From IMG/VR virus record IMGVR_UViG_3300048598_000523, positions 1-40,938 of that record: a stretch of 40,938 nucleotides of DNA; one strand, written 5' to 3'. The translations under genes were made by a program, and so were the position numbers. The DNA comes from a virus. Taxonomy: Duplodnaviria; Caudoviricetes. Below are positions 9,001 to 18,301 of the stretch, piece after piece; position 1 is the stretch's first letter, and each line of letters starts with the position of its first letter. Below the pieces are notes generated by a model. It was not told the DNA's origin, did not search any database, and saw only the letters and a list, made by a program, of their open reading frames with translations.

Positions 9001-10308
9001 GGCAGGCCATTGCGATTCCGTGTCATCCACCCATGACGCGCCGTTGAAAGCCTTCACGCGGCTTTCGCATACCGCATTGTAGGTATCGACCACGCCGGAA
9101 AGCTGCTCGGTCGCCCGGATGCGCATCGATACGAGCGCGAGCGGCTTGGAGAAAACGACAGGGCTGACGTTCTTCAGCGACCGCAGCGCGGTCCAGACGA
9201 TCTTTTCCTTGACGTCTTGATGCTCGCCGTAACCCGTCGGCTTGCGGACCTGAATCTCATATTGGCCGCGCGCCGGCAGAACGACACGCGCACCCATGCG
9301 CGCGGCCGACGTGCTGAACCATCGCCCGACGGTGCGTGTCTCAATCCAGTCATCGGAGCCGACCAGCCGCCAACGATAGGCGGCGGTGACGCTCCATGGC
9401 GCGGGACGGCCATTGTCGGCGATCACAAAGATGCCTTCGGGCATCGTGAAATCGAGCGAGAATTCGTCGGTCTCGGCGCTGGTGGTCCGGCTGAACCATT
9501 CGCCAAGCGGAGTCAGCTCGACGGAGAGTGACACCTCATCGACCTGCCCCGGATAAAGCGTCGGTGCAGCATCGCCGCCGTAACCTTCGTGGACTTCGGT
9601 TTCCAGATCGTCGAACGATGCAAGCGGCGTCTCACCGATCTTGTGCTCCGTCAGATTGAGCGGGCCGTAACCAAATGCGAACAGCAGGCGCAGATATTGA
9701 TCGTCGCCAACGATCTCGGTGTAGGGCTTCGCAGCATAGAACGGCGACTGTCGATGCTTGCCGAGCACCACCGGGATCGGACCGAATGGATTCGACTGGT
9801 TCTGCGCTCCCGAAACCGAATTGAGATTCCGCTGCGTGATGCTCTCTTGTGGACGGGTCGGGAACAAGGCGTTCAGCGCCACCGTGCCGGCCAGCAACAC
9901 TCCGGCGGAGATGGCGGCCGACCCGAGCGTGAAACCGATGCCCGTCAGCCCGAGCAGCCCTGCGGCTGGCCCAGCGACGACCAGCGCTGCGATAGCGACA
10001 GCGAGACCCAGGATTGTACGCAGCGGATTATCGCCCATCAGCAGCGGGCGAAAGGTCACAACCGATCCAGCCTTGACGCGCACGCGCGCCCGCCACTCAC
10101 GCGGCACCGGCTCGCCATCGACCTGAACGATAAGGGGCAGAGAGATTTCAGCCGCGACGGCGTCAAGAATTTCGGCGATCGATAGCCCCGCGGCTACCCG
10201 ACGGTCGATGCGGCCGCCCTTGAACGGATGCGAGACGCCGACCACGCGAACGAAATCGCATGGGGAGATGATTTCTCCCTTGATGCCGGCAACCTCCAGT
10301 GCGTTCAT
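6028..10308 (-). CDS. Tail tip/host specificity protein (TipJ-like) with N-terminal gpI-like ubiquitin-fold region and C-terminal LamG-like domain
   Basis: PFGPIPVVLGKHR, QYLRLLFAFGYGP and FTPRNSW motifs; C-terminal LRDLTGNGRH...AIWDRALSAAELDQLY is ConA/LamG-like. Confidence 0.88.
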   Translation of the reverse strand: MNALEVAGIKGEIISPCDFVRVVGVSHPFKGGRIDRRVAAGLSIAEILDAVAAEISLPLIVQVDGEPVPREWRARVRVKAGSVVTFRPLLMGDNPLRTILGLAVAIAALVVAGPAAGLLGLTGIGFTLGSAAISAGVLLAGTVALNALFPTRPQESITQRNLNSVSGAQNQSNPFGPIPVVLGKHRQSPFYAAKPYTEIVGDDQYLRLLFAFGYGPLNLTEHKIGETPLASFDDLETEVHEGYGGDAAPTLYPGQVDEVSLSVELTPLGEWFSRTTSAETDEFSLDFTMPEGIFVIADNGRPAPWSVTAAYRWRLVGSDDWIETRTVGRWFSTSAARMGARVVLPARGQYEIQVRKPTGYGEHQDVKEKIVWTALRSLKNVSPVVFSKPLALVSMRIRATEQLSGVVDTYNAVCESRVKAFNGASWVDDTESQWPADLYRHVLQGAANARPRSDAEIDITNLEEWWVYCEANGFKFNQVRATVSSVWDTLCDIAAAGRAVPTFIDGKWGVIWDRPTDPVVQHFTPRNSWGLTGERAYAQQPHGWRAKFINEENGYSDDERIVYDDGYTKDNATLFEGIEFPGVTDPELIWKHGRFHIAQSRLRPEKITISTGWEHLVCTRGDRVRVTHDVLLIGTASGRVKSVNGQVISFDEAVTIEAGKTYAFSFRIPGDARSILRAVHLFDPDTHAPLPPGAYTRLELNGDLSDIERGTLWGYGETDQDSAVYRVYGIAHQKDLIANLILVDDAPEISEADQGDIPAYTPNVSIPLDPLTVFIQGLSANFRQGVAEPVIDVVWQPVSGDLQTYLAEISYDARTVGNDAALWRAVYEGGDNKFNAVVDRAELRLRVRAITAQRSGGFTAVDVDPPTIVIAPGAVDQDSLKLELQALFQRVKDSIPPELLTMKQDINQLASAFGDQITSIREALGRINIGVGSRYGENKAAAELAMTSATTANSALAAILGEVYAVTETGEAEGLIRFVASSAPDGVAASFSIEVRADTLNAFAVSGLSLDAGVTALGGGSRIRLTADAVMLENPSTGQTSNAMLMSMSDKPPEVPIIGGTLTVDVSNRQVSHHTLLTAPAQIKYPTGAHTGVWWTHAIEQDSVGGHAVTFDPTFITAPYPIVSQIANTTTAIRGEIIPTSVGPRALLTALGGGTTNPAALVFQNMIVELGLHTNLLASVDAGSSASWDSAVSTAYLRDLTGNGRHLERGASPHAPTFNGTIGQLTSAEYFSTDTNDYFDWVSSAEWQSFHKAGARFTLAYIMRVPFVASAMGLPLFDTSVDQSSNVFKRGIWAALSRTVSGQLQLALLNTDDNSGTMAFNQSSTLRSGLTDKFIFVAMSVNAASPTNGLILRLQATNEIYNASYAVTNNNISWLNRPRMFQSGTLATMPDVRLAAAAIWDRALSAAELDQLYTRVAQSSRWPDIT

Positions 10309-10309
10309 T

Positions 10310-10702
10310 TCAGCCCTTGAAGCGATAAATTCCGGCGATACGGCCTTTGATCCGCCCGCCCCGATAGCTTTCGATCCGGCTGGTTTCGCCGCGCTCGATG
10401 TGAAGCAGCCGCCCCGCCCCTATGACCATGCCGACGTGGCAAAGCCTGCCGGCATCGCGCATCAGCACCTGATCGAAGGGTTGCTCGGCGCCCGGCGCGA
10501 TGTCGTCGAAAGCATCCAGCACGCCCGCGACGATGTTTCCGATCACCTTACGGTCGGCCGGCAGCGTGTAGCGATCATGGAACGACGGCAGGACAATCCC
10601 GCGCTCCTCGCGATGCGCCAGCCAGACCAGACCCCAGCAATCCACGCCGTCGAAATCCCGCCCGCCGTCGCGATACGGCAGGCCGACGAAGCGATCCCAC
10701 AT
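10310..10702 (-). CDS. NlpC/P60 tail assembly protein (gpK-like)
   Basis: GLPYRDGGRDFDGVDCWGLV and HVGMV...LLH motifs. Confidence 0.9.
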   Translation of the reverse strand: MWDRFVGLPYRDGGRDFDGVDCWGLVWLAHREERGIVLPSFHDRYTLPADRKVIGNIVAGVLDAFDDIAPGAEQPFDQVLMRDAGRLCHVGMVIGAGRLLHIERGETSRIESYRGGRIKGRIAGIYRFKG

Positions 10703-10704
10703 CG

Positions 10705-11208
10705 TCAATAGAACAGGCCGGGGAATCCCGATGGATCGAACGATCCGGCCGGATAAGGCTCTGTCGTCAGCGCATCGATCGACAGCGAGAATGTCAGTTC
10801 CGATGCGTTGTACTGCACGTTGACCATGTCCATCCGAGGGATGCTGAACTCGACATCGTTAACAGCCGAAGACAGCACCGCCTCGATGGTGATTTTCGCC
10901 GGCGTGCTGACCGATCGGGCCAGAGGAATCAGATCGCGCGTTGCGTTCGAAACGACCAGCTTGGATGCGGGCGGATTTTTATCCTCTTCATCGGGAATGG
11001 TGATGTCCATTCCGATGAACTTGTAGACATTGCCCCGGCTTTGCGTGCCGTACAGCAGCGGCGCGTCGCTCAATCGCTCGGTCGGGTCGCTCGACAGATA
11101 GATCGTCTCGGGCAAAAGCGGATGCGTGATGGCCGCGAGAAAGATCGGAACATCGTCGCTTTCCTGCGCGAAGAGCGCCTTGCGGAAGTTGAGGGAGAGG
11201 ATTCTCAC
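10705..11208 (-). CDS. Minor tail protein (DUF1833-like)
   Basis: ITHPLLPETIYL...EPYPAGSFDPSGFPGLF; position between distal tail and NlpC/P60 genes. Confidence 0.8.
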   Translation of the reverse strand: MRILSLNFRKALFAQESDDVPIFLAAITHPLLPETIYLSSDPTERLSDAPLLYGTQSRGNVYKFIGMDITIPDEEDKNPPASKLVVSNATRDLIPLARSVSTPAKITIEAVLSSAVNDVEFSIPRMDMVNVQYNASELTFSLSIDALTTEPYPAGSFDPSGFPGLFY

Positions 11209-11564
11209 GGCAGAACCATCAATTCAAACGACATCTGCCAATTCAGGCCGTCCGGTGACGACCACCTTGGCAGGCCGGATTTTGTAAACTTGACCAGCAA
11301 CGTTCCCTCCTCTGCCTGATCCGGCAGCATGAACGGCAATGCGCCGCGGCCAATGTCTGTCGCAAAGAAGTTGCGGAACGTTGCCCGCTGTTCGGCAGTC
11401 ATCAGCATCGCGCCGGCCAGCGGGCGTGGAGAGGCACTCGACCGCAGCCGTGTAATCGCTGGCCCGGTATCGGGCTGATATTCGAGCAGGCCGTCACCCT
11501 CGCCCTCGGAGTAACCGGCGATCAGCATGAACGGCGGCAATGTGTCAGGCCATGAAGCGACCAT
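11205..11564 (-). CDS. Distal tail protein (gpM/Dit-like)
   Basis: WPDTLP...DTGPAITR...FRNFF...GALPF; immediately downstream of the tape measure gene. Confidence 0.75.
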   Translation of the reverse strand: MVASWPDTLPPFMLIAGYSEGEGDGLLEYQPDTGPAITRLRSSASPRPLAGAMLMTAEQRATFRNFFATDIGRGALPFMLPDQAEEGTLLVKFTKSGLPRWSSPDGLNWQMSFELMVLP

Positions 11565-13894
11565 CAGCGCGACGCCAACCGGTTGCGCTGGTCAAGAGCG
11601 CGGCTGGTCTGACTGCCCGGCTTTGTCGCATTTCGCGCAGTAATGGAATCGACGAATGCATTCAGATCCGTCCCGCCGGACGCATTTTGCTTCTGCTCGA
11701 CCTGTCCCGCGCGGCTCGAATCCTCAATCAGATAGAGATTCACCGTCGATGATCGGTTGTCGTTGCCGGCGGCCATCGCCATGGAAACGTCATGCGGAAT
11801 GATCCGCGTTCCATTGGGAAGATCCATGATCTCGCCGCCGCGCTCATTGATCTCGGTAAGGCCGCCACGCCAATAGTCAGTGCCGGCGGCGTTTGCGCCG
11901 ATCGCCGTGCCGTAACCGGGGAACAGCGACGCATTGAATGCCGCATCCTGCCCGGTAAGCGCGCTACTGCCGACGCCGGGAAGACTGATGCCCAAGCCTC
12001 CCAGGCCGCCGTTCATCAGCGACTGCAGAGATTGCAACAGAGGCTGAACAATCATGATCTTGATGATCATCTGCTCGATGGCGCGCGCAAACGACGACGC
12101 CATATCGCCGAAGCCTTGCGAAACGGTCTTCGTGCCCATGGTCATATCGGTCAATCCCGACGTCAGATTGTTATCGATCGTCGACGATATCTCCCTGAAT
12201 GCATTGTTCGCCCGGATGCCCTGCGCCTCAACGCTTCCGAGCGCCATCGCGACGTCGGGGTAGATGCTCTTGAGTTGCGATGCGATCTGGACGTCCTCCT
12301 GCGACAGGAAGGCGGTATCGCGATTGAACTTGATGTCTGCGGCGATTTTGGCCTTTGCCAGCGCCTGGGCGGCCTGAGCAGCCTGCTCGGCAAGGCCGCT
12401 CATTTCGGCTTTTGCCTTCGCGGCGGCGGGCGTCAAACCATCCTTGATGCCGGCGGCAGTAAGCTGCGCGATGGCGCGCAACCGCTCCTGCTGTTCCGCC
12501 CCCTGCCCAGCACTCTCAGCGGCGGCCTTCGTCGTCTCGATGTACTTTAGAAGCGATTCCTCGGCGCGATCATAAGCATCCTTCGTCTCGGTAATCTTCT
12601 TGGCGTCTGGATTAAATGAGGTATCAGGATGGACATTGTTCAACACATTGTTGGCGTAATCCCGCGCACGCGAGATATTCGCCGGGTTCTTCATCAGATC
12701 GCCGGTCGGATTGGTTGGGTCGGGAGAACTGAGACCGGCGCCGGCCAATCGACCACCTACACCGATCACCGCGCCAACAGGGCCGGGCAACGCTGGGCCG
12801 ATCGCGGCGGCGGCTCCGGACAGATAGCGGAGCCCGGACGAAAACCACGCCGGAACAGCGGCCAACTTTTCGATCAGCTTGGCGACCCCATCGACTCCTT
12901 TCGCGATGATCTCAACGATGTCGACCCAGATACCCTTCATGGCGATGCCGCCTTGTGTCAGAAGGTCCTGAATTGGATGCCAACGCTGTGACAGAATTTT
13001 CTCGGCGGCATCGAGACGGTTCTGCAGGTCCGTGGCGCGTCCGATGTCGGCGGCCGAGACCAGTTCGGAAGCCTTTGTGCTTTCGATGGTCGCCTTCATC
13101 TTGTCGAGATAGTCGGAATCCTTCGCAAGATTGGCGGTCACCGCGTCACCTAGGAAGGTCTTGGATAAATCGAGCGCGGCGAGCCTCTGGCCGGCATCCA
13201 TCGCTTCCCTGATCGTTTTTGCAACAGCGTTGAATCGCTCTTCAGGGTCGTTAGCGGCCCTAATGTCGGCAACGCCTGAATTGCCCTTGAAATTTCCAGC
13301 CTTTACCAGCGCATCGAGCCGGTTCATCGCGTCGTTGCCGCCCAGCTTCGGCGCGAATGAATCGTTCAGCTTCTTCATCGCGGCCGTCAGTTCATCGATC
13401 GGCAATTTGGCGTCTTCCGCCGCCTTTTGAATGCGCTGAAAGAAATCTGTCGATAGGCTCGACTGGCCCGCCTTTTCGGCAAGAGCAACATGCTCGGCCA
13501 GCTTGGCGTTGCCGAGTGACCATGCCTCCGTCACCAGGCCGATGGCTGTGGTGATCAACTTGTAGATCGTATAGAGCGGGAATAGAACTCGCGCGAGCGT
13601 TCCAAGAAATGTCACTACGGTGACGCCGATTGCAACTTTCTTTGCCCAGGCTTCAGCGGCCTCGAGCGCGCTCTCCGCCAAGTGCTTCAGCCCGACCGTC
13701 AGATGACTGTGGGATTCAGCGGCGTCGCGTGCGTTGTCGTTCGCCGACCGCATGCTGTTGGAGAAATTGTCATTCGCAACCATAGCCGCCGCGGCGGCAA
13801 CCTGCGCCGCCGCCATGGCGCGCGCGTAGTCCACCGCGCCTTCGTTGTCCGACGTAACGACAAGCTCTGTGACGACTGGTGCAGCATCAGTCAT
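11564..13894 (-). CDS. Tail tape measure protein
   Basis: 776 aa, Ala-rich and helical; C-terminal NAAGT...INERGGEIMDLPNGTRIIP motif; follows the chaperone genes. Confidence 0.92.
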   Translation of the reverse strand: MTDAAPVVTELVVTSDNEGAVDYARAMAAAQVAAAAAMVANDNFSNSMRSANDNARDAAESHSHLTVGLKHLAESALEAAEAWAKKVAIGVTVVTFLGTLARVLFPLYTIYKLITTAIGLVTEAWSLGNAKLAEHVALAEKAGQSSLSTDFFQRIQKAAEDAKLPIDELTAAMKKLNDSFAPKLGGNDAMNRLDALVKAGNFKGNSGVADIRAANDPEERFNAVAKTIREAMDAGQRLAALDLSKTFLGDAVTANLAKDSDYLDKMKATIESTKASELVSAADIGRATDLQNRLDAAEKILSQRWHPIQDLLTQGGIAMKGIWVDIVEIIAKGVDGVAKLIEKLAAVPAWFSSGLRYLSGAAAAIGPALPGPVGAVIGVGGRLAGAGLSSPDPTNPTGDLMKNPANISRARDYANNVLNNVHPDTSFNPDAKKITETKDAYDRAEESLLKYIETTKAAAESAGQGAEQQERLRAIAQLTAAGIKDGLTPAAAKAKAEMSGLAEQAAQAAQALAKAKIAADIKFNRDTAFLSQEDVQIASQLKSIYPDVAMALGSVEAQGIRANNAFREISSTIDNNLTSGLTDMTMGTKTVSQGFGDMASSFARAIEQMIIKIMIVQPLLQSLQSLMNGGLGGLGISLPGVGSSALTGQDAAFNASLFPGYGTAIGANAAGTDYWRGGLTEINERGGEIMDLPNGTRIIPHDVSMAMAAGNDNRSSTVNLYLIEDSSRAGQVEQKQNASGGTDLNAFVDSITARNATKPGSQTSRALDQRNRLASR

Positions 13895-14285
13895 TTGGCG
13901 AAGGCTCCGTTCCGGTTCTGGATTGCTCGATCCGGTAAAGATTATCGAGCATTTCGATGGTCTCGACTTCCCACGGCGTAAGACTGACCCGCGTTAAGCG
14001 GGAGAATGCTTCAATTTCCAGCCAAGAGATCGGATTCGCGCCGAAACCATTGGAGCTGCGGCGGTTTGCAAGGCGCAGGAACGTCTTCCAGAGATAGAAA
14101 ATTGCCGCCGGGAGCGGCGGGCATTGCAGTTCGGCCCGGTACTCAGCAAGACGGTCTGGATTTCTGGTTCGACTGACAAGACCTTCAAGGGTCTCGCGAT
14201 AGGAGACCTTGTCACCGTCCAGTTTGTCGAGAGCAAAAGTCCGCTCCGCGAATGCCCTCAGATCCTCGCGGAGGCCGGCATAAAA
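13887..14285 (-). CDS. Tail assembly chaperone C-terminal frame (gpT-like), reached by -1 frameshift
   Basis: Open frame absent from the ORF track: FYAGLREDLRAFAERTF...YLWKTFLRLANRRSSNGFGANPISWLEIEAFSRLTRVSLTPWEVETIEMLD...PND*; stop overlaps the tape measure start. Confidence 0.85.
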   Translation of the reverse strand, partial: FYAGLREDLRAFAERTFALDKLDGDKVSYRETLEGLVSRTRNPDRLAEYRAELQCPPLPAAIFYLWKTFLRLANRRSSNGFGANPISWLEIEAFSRLTRVSLTPWEVETIEMLDNLYRIEQSRTGTEPSPND

Positions 14286-14704
14286 GCCCGATCAGCATTC
14301 AGATAGTCGATGATCTGCTGAAGGTAGGCCGCCATCGTAGGGCGCCGCAGAAGCTCCGTTGCCGCCGCGTCGGAGAATTCAATCATCTGTCCGCCGACCT
14401 TGACAGGCGACCATGTCACGATGCGGGAAACAACCCACTGCATCGTGTCAATCTCGGCCTCTTCGGGAGTGCGCTGATCGGCCTTGTATTTGCGGCCATT
14501 GACCTGGGCCTGCTCGATCGCAGCTTCCTTGTGCAGCCGCTCGCGCTGCTTCTTTTCGCGATAGGCCAGCGTCTTCGGATGAGACGGCCCGGCCATGGTC
14601 AGAATCCAGCCATTCAGCTCCGCCGTGCCCGGCTTCAACATCTTCAGGTCAGCGGTCTCGCTCGGAAGATCGCCATCGAGATCAGCAATAATTGCGTCAG
14701 TCAT
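14258..14704 (-). CDS. Tail assembly chaperone (gpG-like)
   Basis: Lies between tail tube and tape measure; ends in RAFMPASARI over a GGGCTTTT slippery run. Confidence 0.85.
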   Translation of the reverse strand: MTDAIIADLDGDLPSETADLKMLKPGTAELNGWILTMAGPSHPKTLAYREKKQRERLHKEAAIEQAQVNGRKYKADQRTPEEAEIDTMQWVVSRIVTWSPVKVGGQMIEFSDAAATELLRRPTMAAYLQQIIDYLNADRAFMPASARI

Positions 14705-14731
14705 GCAGTCAGTCCTTTCCAGTCCGTGCGC

Positions 14732-15958
14732 TTATGCGGCGGCCGACGTTTGGATCTTGATCATGGAGTTGTCGCCGGTCGCTGAGTTATCAACGCCGAC
14801 GAGAGCGGGAGGAATCGTAATGGTCTGGGTCCGGCCGCCGCCCTGCTTCGACAGCGCGGAAGGATCGACGCCGCCGATGGTGAAATTCGGCACCGTGAGG
14901 GCGATGAAGTCCTTCGGCTCCGCCGTGTTGTCGACGGCGAGAATGTGAAGGGAATATTGCGTCTCGTTCTTGAAGTCGGCAAGGATCTGCAGGCTCTTGC
15001 GCAGCATGGTCATGTTGAAGCCGACCTGAAGCGCCCCGGTGAAGACGTCAGGCGCATATTTGATCTGACCGGAACCGAACGTATCGGGAGCAGTCGCCTG
15101 AATGTCGAGCGACAAGTCCCATGAAGTCAGTTCGACGAGGTCTTCGCCGCCGAAACGGATAGTCGCGTCCACCACCGACATTGGCGCGCTCGTCGTCGCC
15201 ACCGGGCCGGAGAAGAATGGTGCGGCGCCGGTCTGCAGAACATCGACCTTGCCTGTGCCAATGCCGCCGGGATCAAACATGATGATCCCGTTTGGACTCA
15301 TCGAAAATTTGCCGTTACCCCAGACAAAGTCCGTCAGCACCGTCGAGCCGCCGATGTCACGCTCGTACTCTTCCAAAGTATCGTAATAGGGGGTCAGAAT
15401 CGCCGGGTTGATCAGACGCTTCCCCGGCCGAGTGATCGTGAATGCGGTATCTGCGACAGCGTTCACGACAAGGGTTTCAGCGACGGTAAGCGTGTCGTTG
15501 GTTACGCCAGTCAACCGGAGATTCTTACCGTTGTTTGCCGCATCTGGCAGGTTGGCCGCGCGAACCACGTCACCGGCGCGGAATCCTTTCGCAATCCAAT
15601 CGCCTCCGGTAGCGACGATGGCGTGAGCCCCCGTCGTGACCGAGGTCATTTCGACTTGTGAAACCGACAAGACGTCCGTGTCCCACGGACCGCGCATAAG
15701 CGCCTGGAAGATAGCATCGTGCGACCCCAGCGACAGCTCGGTATTGTAGTCGCTCGCGGTCTTCTGCGTGCCATGGCGGCCGCGCGTGCTCAAACCGTCG
15801 CGCCGGATTTCAGCCGACGCCGTGGACGCCTTGGTCAGCTTCGCGCCATTCCCGCCGATCGTGCGAATGATCGAGGCGCCGGCGCCGGACGCCTGAACGC
15901 CGAGACCGGACTGCCGCTTGCGTGCAACCAGCGCATTGAAGTTAGTTTGATAGCCCAT
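14732..15958 (-). CDS. Major tail tube protein
   Basis: 408 aa, beta-rich, SAEIRRDG...ELSLGSHDAIFQALMRGPW; canonical position. Confidence 0.85.
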   Translation of the reverse strand: MGYQTNFNALVARKRQSGLGVQASGAGASIIRTIGGNGAKLTKASTASAEIRRDGLSTRGRHGTQKTASDYNTELSLGSHDAIFQALMRGPWDTDVLSVSQVEMTSVTTGAHAIVATGGDWIAKGFRAGDVVRAANLPDAANNGKNLRLTGVTNDTLTVAETLVVNAVADTAFTITRPGKRLINPAILTPYYDTLEEYERDIGGSTVLTDFVWGNGKFSMSPNGIIMFDPGGIGTGKVDVLQTGAAPFFSGPVATTSAPMSVVDATIRFGGEDLVELTSWDLSLDIQATAPDTFGSGQIKYAPDVFTGALQVGFNMTMLRKSLQILADFKNETQYSLHILAVDNTAEPKDFIALTVPNFTIGGVDPSALSKQGGGRTQTITIPPALVGVDNSATGDNSMIKIQTSAAA

Positions 15959-15979
15959 AGCCGTGACTCCTTGTGCGGC

Positions 15980-16465
15980 TCAGCCGCGGTGGAAGTATTC
16001 AAAGGGAATGAAGCAGGTGACGCCGAACACGTTGCCGCGATCGGCATCAGATCCGCCGCCGCGGATCGAGGGCGACATGCAAACGACCTTCCTGCCCTGT
16101 CCGTCCGCATAGAGCGTGGTAGCGCGGAAAATCTCACCGGCTGCGATTGCCAGCGCATTCAGATCGTCGGTGCCGGAGCCTTCCGGGACAAACACATGAA
16201 TGAAGATGCCGCCGCGATACAGCCAGATATGATCACCCGGGCTTCCGGCACCGCGCAGATCGCTACCGTTCCCGATCACCTCGAAGTAAACCCACGGCAC
16301 CGGCGCGCCGTCCGGCCCCTTCGGCGGCATCTTGATCGGGTTTCCCTGACCATCCACCGCCGGCTCATTCGGAAATGTGATCAGCGTGCGTGCGGCTCCA
16401 TCGATCTTCCACTGATCGACGAAGCGCGCGCGGATCGCGTCAATCGCGCCGGCGTAATCGGCCAT
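15980..16465 (-). CDS. Tail terminator-like protein
   Basis: FPNE...PWVYFEV...GGIFIHVFVPEGSG; directly upstream of the tail tube gene. Confidence 0.75.
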   Translation of the reverse strand: MADYAGAIDAIRARFVDQWKIDGAARTLITFPNEPAVDGQGNPIKMPPKGPDGAPVPWVYFEVIGNGSDLRGAGSPGDHIWLYRGGIFIHVFVPEGSGTDDLNALAIAAGEIFRATTLYADGQGRKVVCMSPSIRGGGSDADRGNVFGVTCFIPFEYFHRG

Positions 16466-16482
16466 GACCTTGTTTCCGTGAG

Positions 16483-17184
16483 TTAGCGCGCCGTGATCTG
16501 TAGCGCTGGCTGCCGAACCAGCCAGTCAGCGCGTGCTTTAGGGCTGAGCTTGCGGCCCGCGCGCTGCATGGACGTGTTGTCTGCCCAGGACTGATTGCTT
16601 CCATGCGTGACAGGCATGAAAACGAACTTGATGCTGAACCGATTGCCAAACCGGGCCGTCACGATGGGCTCTGCCATTTCATAGACATGGCCGGGCACCT
16701 TCATTTTCATATCGCCGGATTCAATCTTGCGGCTGTACGGCTCCGGATTGCTGATATGAATGGTCTGGCCTGGTCGCCAGCTCTTGCCATCCGGCATCCG
16801 CCGACCATCGATGAAGACCATGTGACTGTCCCGATAGAGACCAGGATGGGGATCATTGCCGGAGCCGACGGGAGACCGCTCGCGCAGCGTCTGAAGCGCA
16901 AACTGCACCACATCGTCTGCATAGGAATATTGATAGGTGATCGTATTCCGTCGGCGCTGTGAAATCAGTTTTGCGAGCTTTGCCACCTGATAGGCACGAA
17001 CCGCTATATCTGCCGTGACAATGGCGCCATTGACCATCCGAACAACCGTACTCGGTTGATGCATCAGGACAATCTCCCGATTCTTGGCTTCCGCAATTGT
17101 CGCAACCTGCTGATCCAGCCGCGTCATCGCAATCGTCTGCGCAAGTTGAAACTGCCGCTCGAGATCGAGAATACTGGAAGACAA
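16483..17184 (-). CDS. Tail completion protein (HK97 gp10-like)
   Basis: SPVGSG...GLYRDSH...ISNPEPYSRKIESG motifs; TTG start uncertain. Confidence 0.7.
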   Translation of the reverse strand: MSSSILDLERQFQLAQTIAMTRLDQQVATIAEAKNREIVLMHQPSTVVRMVNGAIVTADIAVRAYQVAKLAKLISQRRRNTITYQYSYADDVVQFALQTLRERSPVGSGNDPHPGLYRDSHMVFIDGRRMPDGKSWRPGQTIHISNPEPYSRKIESGDMKMKVPGHVYEMAEPIVTARFGNRFSIKFVFMPVTHGSNQSWADNTSMQRAGRKLSPKARADWLVRQPALQITAR

Positions 17185-17186
17185 GA

Positions 17187-17561
17187 TCAGCCCTCTGCGT
17201 GGATATCGAGCGCGATCAACACGCCGGCGACGCGCCGTGTGTTGTCATTGACGCCCTTGATGGCCTTTTCCTCACCCCGGATCACGAGCTTGTCTGTCGT
17301 GAGCAGCGGAAGCAGAGAACTCAATGGAACCATCCCGGTCGGGATAACGGCATCAGGATCGTTCAAGGCGATGACGCTGATATCCCCCTGCGTGATGGCG
17401 CCCACGAGCTCGGTCGCCTGATATCCCTTCACGCGAGCGATGACTTGCGCTTCTGCCTTAGTCCGACCTGCGCCAGATCCCTGCCATCGACGCACAATGA
17501 CGTGCTCGCCGACCGCACCTATAAATGCGCGGTGCTGCGCAAGGGCATCCTCGGGTGACAT
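17187..17561 (-). CDS. Head closure/stopper protein
   Basis: Position after the connector; GYQATELVGAITQGD...DKLVIRG. Confidence 0.7.
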   Translation of the reverse strand: MSPEDALAQHRAFIGAVGEHVIVRRWQGSGAGRTKAEAQVIARVKGYQATELVGAITQGDISVIALNDPDAVIPTGMVPLSSLLPLLTTDKLVIRGEEKAIKGVNDNTRRVAGVLIALDIHAEG

Positions 17562-18269
17562 TTAGGACGTCACCAGATTTGCAAGAAGCGAGCTAACAGC
17601 GCGCGTAACAATCTCCGTGGCCTCCGCTGTCGCCTGATAGCGCTGCGATCCGATCCCCTCGACGCGATCTTCGGTGAGAAGCACGTCACGCGCGCCCGCA
17701 GACAGCAACGCACGGACGCCAAGGCAGATCGCCTGCAGCAAGTTCGGCGGCATTTTGTTCGTTTCACCGTCATATCCGCAGGTAAATTCGATGCGGACAG
17801 ATGCGTCATCAGCGCGAGCAACTGGCCACGCCTTTGCATACAGAGGCGCAATAGATTGCTTCGAGAGCGGCGCACCCATGCCGAGAACACGAAAGTCAGT
17901 CCCAAGCAACAAGGCGACGTCGTTTCCATCGCCGTCGATGTACTTAACGCCGTCGACCGATATCAGCGGCGGATACGGCAGCGGGATCGCCAATGGATTC
18001 GCGTAAGCCTGCGGCTTCGGACGGCGGTCGCTGAAGCTGCGCAACTGAAGCTGCCATTTTTGAGTGCCAATCCCCCGGCCGAGAAAGCCGCCAAAGGCAG
18101 GATCGAGCGTCCCAGTCACCGCGCCGATCGCCGCGGTGATGGCACTGTCCTTTTCGGTTCCGCTGATACCCAGCGCCGCCTTGCACTCCTCAAGGGTAAT
18201 GACCGGCGCTTCTGGTGGCACGAGCAACACAGCAAGACCGCCATCGCTGACATCGTTGTTTCGAAACAT
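17562..18269 (-). CDS. Head-tail connector (gp6-like)
   Basis: PVITLEECKAAL, LPYPPLISVDGVKY and VRIEFTCGY...PPNLLQAI motifs. Confidence 0.85.
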   Translation of the reverse strand: MFRNNDVSDGGLAVLLVPPEAPVITLEECKAALGISGTEKDSAITAAIGAVTGTLDPAFGGFLGRGIGTQKWQLQLRSFSDRRPKPQAYANPLAIPLPYPPLISVDGVKYIDGDGNDVALLLGTDFRVLGMGAPLSKQSIAPLYAKAWPVARADDASVRIEFTCGYDGETNKMPPNLLQAICLGVRALLSAGARDVLLTEDRVEGIGSQRYQATAEATEIVTRAVSSLLANLVTS

Positions 18270-18301
18270 ATGCTTTGATCCCAGCGATGGCGGTTTTCGG
18301 A

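Noticed and set aside
3681-10308. Diversity-generating retroelement or invertible tail-fibre cassette
   Set aside because: No reverse transcriptase, invertase, TR/VR pair or inverted crossover sites seen
13994-14236. 80-aa minus-strand ORF from the track between chaperone and tape measure
   Set aside because: Wrong frame; the motif-bearing gpT frame 13887-14285 occupies this space
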